DNA of 15,325 nucleotides from a bacterium (GTDB lineage: Bacteria > SZUA-182 > DTGQ01). A program made the position numbers and the translations under genes. The stretch is taken from contig JBFMGO010000131.1 of assembly GCA_040752695.1 (NCBI GenBank), positions 1 through 15,325 on the forward strand, written 5' to 3'. This document shows positions 1 through 7,972 of the stretch, in pieces; the stretch's first letter is position 1; each line of letters opens with the position of its first letter. The notes beneath the pieces are model-generated. The model saw only the letters and a program-made list of their open reading frames with translations. It did not search any database and had not been told where the DNA came from.

Positions 1-54
1 TAATTTCCTTCCTATTCGATCTTAGGTAAAGTTATAAGATAAGGCCAGACAATG

Positions 55-70
55 TGGCATTCATTATGCA
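55..70 (+). promoter_or_regulatory. sigma54 (RpoN) -24/-12 promoter candidate for the beta-helix/multiheme cytochrome operon
   Basis: TGGCAT-TCATT-ATGCA: GG at 56-57 and GC at 68-69 with exact GG-N10-GC spacing, close to consensus TGGCAC-N5-TTGCA; about 165 nt upstream of the first gene. Confidence 0.6.
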
Positions 71-233
71 ATTATATAATATTATAGTTTTATCCTTTTC
101 CATTTTTCAATAACGGACGGTAGATTACGGTAGATTATAGAGAATGAGTCCGTTTTGCCTGATAACAGACCCAATAAAGGGTCCTCTCCATAAATATATT
201 CATAGAAACAGTAAGTTAAGGAGGATGCAGTTG

Positions 234-1025
234 ATGGAAGGGAAAAAAGTAATCTTTATGGCTCTTTTGGTTTTCCTGTTCATGATCGCTGTTCCCCTGT
301 CTACCTCTGGTGTAGAGGGGCAGATCGAGATTGTGCAGACACTTTCAACTACCTTTCCCATTCTTCTTGATGAGCCGGGAAATTACCTCTTGATGAGCGA
401 TCTTACCGTATCTGCCGTTGACACCAACTGTCTTCAGATCACTGCCGATGAAGTCATCCTCGATCTAAACGGCTACACCCTGAGCGGGCCGGGAAAGGGA
501 ATCGGCTCCAGCGGCTGCGGCATCTTGGCTTGCGGTCAAGACTGCATCACCATCCGCAATGGAACCATCCAGGGATTTTTCACTGGCCTTACCCTTTCGG
601 GAACAAGCCACGAGGTGAAAAACCTCAATGTTCTCAATAACACCTCCTGCGGCCTCGTGATCGAATCCGCGGCCCTGGCCAGTTGTACGGCTGCAAATAA
701 CGGATCTCACGGCATCGAGGCTGAAAGCTGCACCATAAAGGATTGCACGGCCAGCTACAATGGGGCCTGCGGCCTTTCTTCCAATTCATCAAACATAACC
801 AACTACACGGCGGACCATAACAGCTCTCACGGGATCTCGGCTACAGGCAATTGCCGCCTTGAGGGGTGCATTCTGAGTAACAATCAGGGCTATGGTCTTT
901 CCCTGCATCCCGATTACAGCTATGTCGTCAGGAATGGAACCAGCGCTAATGTCCTGGGAAGCTTTTCCATTGATGGTTTTCACTACCTGCCAACCAGCGG
1001 TGATGATGCCAATTATGAATTCTAA
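234..1025 (+). CDS. secreted right-handed parallel beta-helix repeat protein (pectin-lyase-like fold)
   Basis: Start re-assigned to ATG 234 (TTG 231 possible) behind AAGGAGG at 218-224. Signal peptide MEGKKVIFMALLVFLFMIAVPL. FPILLDEPGNYLLMSDL and ITADEVILDLNGYTLSG are typical beta-helix N-terminal motifs, followed by CTAxxNGxxGI-type repeats. Confidence 0.85.
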   Translation: MEGKKVIFMALLVFLFMIAVPLSTSGVEGQIEIVQTLSTTFPILLDEPGNYLLMSDLTVSAVDTNCLQITADEVILDLNGYTLSGPGKGIGSSGCGILACGQDCITIRNGTIQGFFTGLTLSGTSHEVKNLNVLNNTSCGLVIESAALASCTAANNGSHGIEAESCTIKDCTASYNGACGLSSNSSNITNYTADHNSSHGISATGNCRLEGCILSNNQGYGLSLHPDYSYVVRNGTSANVLGSFSIDGFHYLPTSGDDANYEF

Positions 1026-1047
1026 CCTTGGGGAAGAGGCCGATATC

Positions 1048-4000
1048 ATGAAGAGAAAAAAGAGAAAGACCACTTTTGCAAAAACCATTCTCATCTGTAT
1101 GGTGTGTCTTTTGAGTCCATGGATAATTTCGAAAGGGGTGTGGGCCGATCAGAACGATGCAGCCCACCAGACCCACCTGAGTGCAGCCAGAGGTCCCGGA
1201 CTGGGAGCGGACTGTGCGGCCTGTCATACAACCGGCACTCCGTCGGCAGCGGATGTCGGCTATTTCTTGTGTATTCCCTGCCACAGCCCGGCTGGGGCCT
1301 ATGATGGTCTGGATGATGCGGTGATCGGAGCCAGAGCCAATTGGGGAAGTGAATCTTCAGCCATTTACGAAGCGGACGGCAGCCTTAAGAGTGGAAAAGA
1401 AAAGTGGTGTGTAGGCTGCCATGATGATGGACTCAGTATCATTCAGGGCATACGTGCCCCGAACATTTCCGGTCAATCCATGAGCGGTGACTGGCAGGGG
1501 CCGGTTTCTTTGGTCTCCAGTGATATTCCGGGTGCGGAGAACCTTCTGGACGGCAATCCTGGTACGGGCAATACGGGGAATGGTTCTTATCTTATCGTTG
1601 ATCTTGGTGATACGGCTTCAATCTCTCACCTGAGACTTTTTATCACGTCCGGCACACAAGTTCACTGGGATGTCTACGGTGGAAGTGATCTTGTTTCCTG
1701 GACAAGGATACTGTTTGGCCAGTCAGTGCTTTTCGGCTCCCCCACCTGGCTGACAGGCCCTGATGGAGGGTGGAACGAAAGCAGGGCGGACCGGTTTCTT
1801 TCCATCCGCTACCTCAAACTGGTCAAGGTAAGCCCCTGGCCTCTGAGCGGGAATTGTCTTGGTGAGCTTGAAGTGAAAAAGGACCTGGCCTACGGCTACT
1901 ATGATACGGGGCATAAAATCGGATGCTCCCGCTGCCACGATACGAGCGGAGTGCATAGTGACGGTCTTGCCCGGACCTATGAGGCCGGTTTGAACAACTA
2001 CCGGACCGGCTACCGTCTCAATGAAGTGGAAGTGGACGGACAAATGGTGACTCCTCTTGAAATACCCAGAGTAGTGGGCTGTAACAGCGGAGAAAATCCC
2101 AGAACCGATAATGACTTTGCCCTCTGTTTTGCCTGTCATGACAAGATTAAACTGCTGGGTGACCCGTATGGTACGGGCATGTTTTTTCAGGATCCTCCGG
2201 CCACCAACTTCCGGAATGACGATCATGTCGATGGCAGCGGCAAGGTCATGAATGAGCATCTTCGTCATCTGCGGGGGAGATACTACTGCGGCAGCGGCCT
2301 TGACTGGGACTCTGACTGGGATGGTGTTACAGACTCACCCCAGAGCTGTCCGGCCTGCCACAATGTGCACGGCTCTCCCAATCCGGCCATGACCAGGCAT
2401 GGAGAACTGGCCGGCACTCAAGGGGCCGTGGACAAGGTTCCCCAGTTCAATTTCCGGTACCTGAATGCCGAAGGGAAGCCAGACACCGCTCTTTCGAACG
2501 TCATGGACAGCATCGGCGGCCAGACACAGTTCTATGGTGCAGGTCCGGGAACTGTGGATAAGAACCATGTGTGCTCTATGTGCCACAACGACATGATCAC
2601 CTATTATCGCAATCCAGTGCCGACCTGCCAGGGGTGCCACGCTTCCTACGTAGAGACGCAGGCCAGCCACTGCACCCATCTTCAGGCAGACCGGGGACCG
2701 AACCTCGAGTGCTGGGACTGTCATGCCGGCAGCCCTGATCAGCCCCACACCTTTGTCTTTGCCGATGGCAAACCGCTGGGGGAAACCGAAGTCTGTAATC
2801 CCTGTCACAGCCAGGGTGGATCATATGACGGAGTCGATGATCCCGATCTTGGGGCCAAGCCCAACTGGGAGCAGGGTGTCTATCAGGGAAACTCACTGAA
2901 ACCGGGCAAAGAGAAATGGTGTGCTACCTGTCACGATCAGGAACCAGCTTACAGCCAGCAGAGCTTTACTACCATCATCATCGATGACCCGCAAGCTGTC
3001 CTGTCTCCCGATTGCGCCGCCCCTCCCGGTAATCCGGCTGTAGAATGGGCTCATGCCTCGGGCAATGAGCAGCAGTACGGAGACGGCTACCGGTATAAAG
3101 ATATCGGCAGCGGCAGCGGTACGGTCACCTGGACACCCGATATCCCCTTAGCTGGCGAATACTCGGTCTATGCCCGCTGGGTAGACAGTACTTCACTGTG
3201 GAGAGCGACCAATGCCCCTTATACGGTTTATTACAGCGGCGGCTCTGAGACAATCAGGGTAGACCAGAGGAGGAAAGAAGACGGCGGACCGGGAGGCGGC
3301 CAGTGGCATTATCTGGGGACCTGGAATTTTTCTGCCGGAACTTCCGGCCGGGTAGTCTTAAGCGATGACGCGGATCATAAGTGGGTCATAGCCGATGCGG
3401 TCAAGTTCGTAAGCGGCCCAAAAGGTACCTATGCACCTAATATCGTTGGCAACGATACGGATTACGGCTTTTATAAAACCGGACATAAGATCGATTGTCT
3501 GGCCTGTCACGATGCCACGAAAACCCACCTCGATCACCAGCACCGAACCTATGAGGTTGATGAAGGAACCGGACAGGCAACTTTTCCCTATACCGACAGC
3601 TACCGGCTGCGGGAGATCGATGGCCTGCCGGCCATGAACCTGCCAAGACCTGTCTATCCTCCTGCCACCAGTCCCCATAATCACTGGCAGGATTTCGCCC
3701 TCTGCTTTGACTGTCATAACCGCTACGAGGTTCTGGGTGAAAACGGAAATGACGTCAGCCATACGAATTTCTGGAACAATGATTCCAGTATCGGCAACTC
3801 CCACTGGATTCACCTGAGCATCTACACCAAACACTTTGACTCCGACTGGGATGGAGCATCGGATTCAACCGAAAGCTGCATCTCGTGTCACAATGTGCAC
3901 GGCTCTCCCACAGGACCCATGATCCGCCACGGTGAATTGATCAGCCCATCCGGTACGAGTCAGTACACACCAGCCCTGAATTTCTTCTATCTCACTGAAG

Positions 4001-6090
4001 GGGACGGCTCAGCCACGGCTACCTTTACCCATCCCCTGGCTGGCGGAACATACGACGTTTATGCCTGGTGGAGCGATAATTCCAACCGCTCTACCTGCGC
4101 CAAATACATCATCAACTATCAGGGAGGATCGGACAGCGTTATCGTCGATCAGGAGCAGAACGGCGGGCAGTGGAATCTCCTCGGTCAGTATCCCTTTGCT
4201 GCCGGCAGCGAAGGTTCCGTGGTTCTGACCTCCGAGGGAGCCAATGAATACATCATGGCTGACGCCATCAAGTGGGACCGGACAGATGCAGGGGATACGG
4301 TTATTGTGGATGATCCCAATGCTTCCTATGTGGGAACCTGGGCTCTGTCGACATCCAATCCGGAACAATACGGATCGGGCTCCAGGTATTGCTATGCTCC
4401 GGTCAAGGATAGCGAGGCAACCATAGCAGAGAGTTTTGGCGGTACGTTTTCGGTAGGAGCTATCCTGACCAGCAACCATGTCTGCCAGATGTGTCATAAT
4501 TACGTGCAGTACAGCCGGATACCGAAAGCAGGGCCAAGGATAGTGCTGAAAAATGCCGATCCGTCCGGAGTTTCGAATGATCAATCGACTCCTGTTTTGT
4601 TTACCGTCTTTGTGAGTGACCGGGACGATAACCTGAGCAGTGTGGTGATCGACCTCACCCCGCTCGGCGGGAACCCGGACCGGGTTATGTATGACGACGG
4701 ATCGAATGGTGATGTCACCGCTGATGACGGAACCTTCAGTTATCGATACAGTGTGCCTTCAGGCATCGATTGTGGACCGAAAACTCTGACGGTAACCGCT
4801 ACTGATGCCCTGGGCTTGAGCGGACAGGGGGGTATCCCTCTTACGGTTACCCAGCCGGGAGCCATTATCGTGGATAATCCCGATGCGGTATTTGCAGGTA
4901 CCTGGACCGAATCCACCAGTTATCCTGACAGGTTCGAAGACAGCTATCATTACCATAGCGCCGGAAGCGGTACGGATACGGCTACCTGGACTGTCACGAT
5001 ACCGGCGGCAGGTAATTATGATGTCCATGCCTGGTGGACTGCCGATTCCAGCCGGGCAACGGACGCGAAATACACCGTCTTCTTTGAAGGTGGATCTCAA
5101 GAAGTGGTCAGGAGTCAGCAAATTAAGGGCGGATGCTGGAATCATCTGGGAACCTGGTTTTTTCTTCCGGGAGAATACGCGGTGGTCCTGTCCGATGATG
5201 CGGATGGCTATGTGATCGCCGATGCCATAAAGTGGGCACCTGAAAACGGTCCCGTCTTGTATCCTTTCCCTGTCAGCGATAATCCCGATGCCCACTATGT
5301 TGGCCCCTGGAAAGTATCAGACGTAAACAGTGATAACTATGCCGCAGATATGTATTACCTTGCTGCCGGCAGCGGCGGCAATAACGCCACCTGGACGCTG
5401 GCCGTTCCGGAGGCTGGTAACTACAATGTCTATGCCTGGTGGTCGGCCTCGGACAACCGGGCTGCCGATGCCCTGTACACCATCACCTATGAAGGAGGAT
5501 CAGAAACTGTTGAGGTATGCCAGCAGGTACGGGGCGGCCGCTGGAACTATCTGGGCAACTTTCCCTTTCTTTCGGCTCATTACACGGTAGTTCTCACCGA
5601 CGAGGCTACAGACTATAATAGTGCAAGCTCAGGTCCCTTTGTTATTGCCGATGCCATCAGGTTTGAGGCGGGCAGCGCCCCGGCTCACCCTTATCCGATA
5701 GCGGACAACTGGGATGCCGTTTTTGCCGGCCCCTGGTTAGCCGCAAGCTGGACCGGAGGGGGAGCATTTTATGGCTCCGATTATCAGTACCATGCCGCAG
5801 GCTCAGGAGCCTGCTCCGTCACCTGGACAACGGATATCCCGGAGCAGGGAAGCTATCATGTCTATGCCAGATGGACAGCCAGTTCCAACCGGGCCACCAA
5901 TGCACCGTATACCATCTTCCATGGGGGCGGATCGGACGTGGTTACCGTCAATCAGAGAAGCAGCGGCGGGCAGTGGGTACTTTTGGGAACCTATACTTTT
6001 CCCGTGGGAACGTATTCGGTCGTTCTCTCTGACCAGGCCAATGGATATGTGATAGCCGATGCTGTCTGGTGGGAAAAAGTGAATCCTTGA
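1048..6090 (+). CDS. large secreted multiheme c-type cytochrome (15 CxxCH) with discoidin-like, five golvesin/Xly-CBD-like and choice-of-anchor-X-like domains
   Basis: ATG 1048 follows GGGAAGAGG and begins a Sec signal peptide (MKRKKRK...KGVWA|DQ). Motifs counted: CAACH, CIPCH, CVGCH, CSRCH, CFACH, CPACH, CSMCH, CQGCH, CWDCH, CNPCH, CATCH, CLACH, CFDCH, CISCH, CQMCH. Five domains carry GxYxVxAxW...RxxxAxY...GGxWxxLG...ADA(V/I)x(F/W). MYDDGSNGDVTADDGTF motif at 4687-4737. Confidence 0.93.
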   Translation: MKRKKRKTTFAKTILICMVCLLSPWIISKGVWADQNDAAHQTHLSAARGPGLGADCAACHTTGTPSAADVGYFLCIPCHSPAGAYDGLDDAVIGARANWGSESSAIYEADGSLKSGKEKWCVGCHDDGLSIIQGIRAPNISGQSMSGDWQGPVSLVSSDIPGAENLLDGNPGTGNTGNGSYLIVDLGDTASISHLRLFITSGTQVHWDVYGGSDLVSWTRILFGQSVLFGSPTWLTGPDGGWNESRADRFLSIRYLKLVKVSPWPLSGNCLGELEVKKDLAYGYYDTGHKIGCSRCHDTSGVHSDGLARTYEAGLNNYRTGYRLNEVEVDGQMVTPLEIPRVVGCNSGENPRTDNDFALCFACHDKIKLLGDPYGTGMFFQDPPATNFRNDDHVDGSGKVMNEHLRHLRGRYYCGSGLDWDSDWDGVTDSPQSCPACHNVHGSPNPAMTRHGELAGTQGAVDKVPQFNFRYLNAEGKPDTALSNVMDSIGGQTQFYGAGPGTVDKNHVCSMCHNDMITYYRNPVPTCQGCHASYVETQASHCTHLQADRGPNLECWDCHAGSPDQPHTFVFADGKPLGETEVCNPCHSQGGSYDGVDDPDLGAKPNWEQGVYQGNSLKPGKEKWCATCHDQEPAYSQQSFTTIIIDDPQAVLSPDCAAPPGNPAVEWAHASGNEQQYGDGYRYKDIGSGSGTVTWTPDIPLAGEYSVYARWVDSTSLWRATNAPYTVYYSGGSETIRVDQRRKEDGGPGGGQWHYLGTWNFSAGTSGRVVLSDDADHKWVIADAVKFVSGPKGTYAPNIVGNDTDYGFYKTGHKIDCLACHDATKTHLDHQHRTYEVDEGTGQATFPYTDSYRLREIDGLPAMNLPRPVYPPATSPHNHWQDFALCFDCHNRYEVLGENGNDVSHTNFWNNDSSIGNSHWIHLSIYTKHFDSDWDGASDSTESCISCHNVHGSPTGPMIRHGELISPSGTSQYTPALNFFYLTEGDGSATATFTHPLAGGTYDVYAWWSDNSNRSTCAKYIINYQGGSDSVIVDQEQNGGQWNLLGQYPFAAGSEGSVVLTSEGANEYIMADAIKWDRTDAGDTVIVDDPNASYVGTWALSTSNPEQYGSGSRYCYAPVKDSEATIAESFGGTFSVGAILTSNHVCQMCHNYVQYSRIPKAGPRIVLKNADPSGVSNDQSTPVLFTVFVSDRDDNLSSVVIDLTPLGGNPDRVMYDDGSNGDVTADDGTFSYRYSVPSGIDCGPKTLTVTATDALGLSGQGGIPLTVTQPGAIIVDNPDAVFAGTWTESTSYPDRFEDSYHYHSAGSGTDTATWTVTIPAAGNYDVHAWWTADSSRATDAKYTVFFEGGSQEVVRSQQIKGGCWNHLGTWFFLPGEYAVVLSDDADGYVIADAIKWAPENGPVLYPFPVSDNPDAHYVGPWKVSDVNSDNYAADMYYLAAGSGGNNATWTLAVPEAGNYNVYAWWSASDNRAADALYTITYEGGSETVEVCQQVRGGRWNYLGNFPFLSAHYTVVLTDEATDYNSASSGPFVIADAIRFEAGSAPAHPYPIADNWDAVFAGPWLAASWTGGGAFYGSDYQYHAAGSGACSVTWTTDIPEQGSYHVYARWTASSNRATNAPYTIFHGGGSDVVTVNQRSSGGQWVLLGTYTFPVGTYSVVLSDQANGYVIADAVWWEKVNP

Positions 6091-6123
6091 TAAGATAAGG
6101 TAAGTCCTTGATGAAAGGCCAGT

Positions 6124-6163
6124 TCCTGAACAGGCCGGGTTTTCTCTCCCGGCCTGTTCAGGA
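6124..6163 (+). terminator. perfect 16-bp hairpin after the cytochrome gene (terminator or 3' stabiliser)
   Basis: TCCTGAACAGGCCGGG (6124-6139) / CCCGGCCTGTTCAGGA (6148-6163) with an 8-nt loop, 33 nt after the stop codon; no strong U-tract follows. Confidence 0.6.
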
Positions 6164-6389
6164 CGTTATGGTCTGCAATCGATTGAGCCGCGACGTATGA
6201 CCCGAGTTCCCCTCCTTTTTTCTCAAATCTAAGGATAATCCATCCCGGTGCCGGTTCCGTCTTTCCTCCCCTGGCGCCATTCTTCCCCCTTGCCGGATAG
6301 TGAATCATGTAACTCAAGAAAAGGTATTTTTAAGGGTAACGACCCCCTTTATTTTAAGCAAATTTTACGTATTTTTTACATACTTTCGG

Positions 6390-6418
6390 TTGACATTCGG
6401 ATTGATTTGATTTAAAGT
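6390..6418 (+). promoter_or_regulatory. sigma70-type promoter candidate upstream of the hydrogenase operon
   Basis: TTGACA (6390-6395)-N17-TAAAGT (6413-6418), preceded by an AT-rich UP-like tract. Confidence 0.5.
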
Positions 6419-6945
6419 GAAAGATGTGTTCCGAGAAGTTAGAGATTCTTGCTTTATGGAATTTGGGAGTAAGGATCGAAATTTTTCGGAATTTTTTTTT
6501 AGGCGGGTGAATTGATTTATTCCTGTATGTATTTATCGACTGCTCCTGATCGCTTCTTCAATCCCAAAAAACGAATCAGCCCTTTAGATTTTTTAACTTA
6601 TAGTAAATTATCACTTTAAATTATAGATAATAAATTATCCATCCCAACGCGAGGGAAGGATCATGAGGCCAGAGCGATAATATAAATAAGAAGACTTAAA
6701 GAAGGATAGATAATAGAAGCGGTGAGTGGTTACAAGGAATAGACAAGAGAGGGAATCGGGATGGGAAAAGATCGGAATGCGAAAAGATAGGAAAGCCTGA
6801 TTCCTGAATTTTCTACTCTTGACTCCTGAATAAGGAGTCTGAATTCCTGGAACTTACCTGAATCTTACATTTACAAAGGTATGGAATTAAAAAATGTCAA
6901 AATCAGATCTGTTACCACGGTCTACTGAAGAAAGAAAGGGAAAAT

Positions 6946-7971
6946 ATGCGACTGCTTTTTCTTCAAAAAGATGAACTGGCACCATTTGTTTGCAATCTTA
7001 TTGCTTCGCAGGAAGTAGTAGGACCGAAAGCCAGGAAGGGTAGGTTCGTATTTGATAAGCTGGAGAGTCCGGATGAATTGCGGTTGGACTACGATACGAC
7101 CATTCTTCCTCCGAAAAAATATTTTTTTCAACCCCAGCAGGACCTGATTAAATTCTCTCCCGGAGAATTCAAGGGGTGCATCGAACCGAAGCCAAGGATT
7201 CTTTTCGGTGTACATCCATACGATATCAAAGCCATATCTATGCTGGACCATCTGTTCAGCGAGGGGAAAAAGGATTGGAATTATCTGGCTCACCGCCAGG
7301 CTGCCACCATCGTGGGCATCAATGTTCACAAAGTATACAAGCACGCATTTTTTGAAAGCATGGGAGCCAGTATTGTTACCAAAGGGTATGACCTGTTCCT
7401 GACCGACATCGGAGAGGAGGGGTTTGTGGTTGATGTGGCCACGGACAAAGGGGAAGATCTGGTTCGGCTTGGCAGCTTTGATCAGGCTGCTCCTGAACAG
7501 ATGCAAAAACGCAGAACGATCCTGTACGGACAAACCGACCGGTGCCCGCAGAAGCTGGATCGCATGCAGGATGAAATTGCCGAAAAGGTAAGCCTTTCCT
7601 ATAACCATCCGATCTGGGAGGAAATGGCCGGGCGCTGCTTCTCCTGCGGTGCCTGCAATCTGGTTTGCCCCACCTGCTATTGTTTCGATGTGCAGGACGT
7701 CTGGAATCTCGATCAGGCATCCGGAACCCGGTTTCGGACCTGGGATGGCTGTCTGACCGAAGATTTCGCCAAGGTCACCGTGCAGGGGGGGCAGGAGAAC
7801 TTTCGCGAGGATCGTGCTTCCCGTTATCGTCACCGGATCATGCGCAAAGCGGTTTATTTGAATACTAAGCTGGAAGGGCCTGCCTGTGTGGGTTGCGGCC
7901 GATGTGCTTCGGCGTGCCCTGCAGATCTGGCTAACCCGGTACCTGTCCTCAATACCATTATGGAGGAATAA
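6946..7971 (+). CDS. hydB: group 3b [NiFe] hydrogenase (sulfhydrogenase) beta subunit, AsrA-like 4Fe-4S protein
   Basis: CFSCGACNLVCPTCYCFD and CVGCGRCASACP ferredoxin motifs, RTWDGC, LDYDTTILPPKKYFF; first gene of the B-G-D-A order. Confidence 0.9.
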   Translation: MRLLFLQKDELAPFVCNLIASQEVVGPKARKGRFVFDKLESPDELRLDYDTTILPPKKYFFQPQQDLIKFSPGEFKGCIEPKPRILFGVHPYDIKAISMLDHLFSEGKKDWNYLAHRQAATIVGINVHKVYKHAFFESMGASIVTKGYDLFLTDIGEEGFVVDVATDKGEDLVRLGSFDQAAPEQMQKRRTILYGQTDRCPQKLDRMQDEIAEKVSLSYNHPIWEEMAGRCFSCGACNLVCPTCYCFDVQDVWNLDQASGTRFRTWDGCLTEDFAKVTVQGGQENFREDRASRYRHRIMRKAVYLNTKLEGPACVGCGRCASACPADLANPVPVLNTIMEE

Positions 7972-7972
7972 C

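Noticed and set aside
144..233. Upstream start of the beta-helix ORF at 144
   Set aside because: The strong AAGGAGG at 218-224 and the signal peptide position favour 231/234.
892..1047. N-terminal extension of the cytochrome ORF given in the ORF track (start 892)
   Set aside because: It overlaps the beta-helix gene; the RBS and signal peptide point to ATG 1048.
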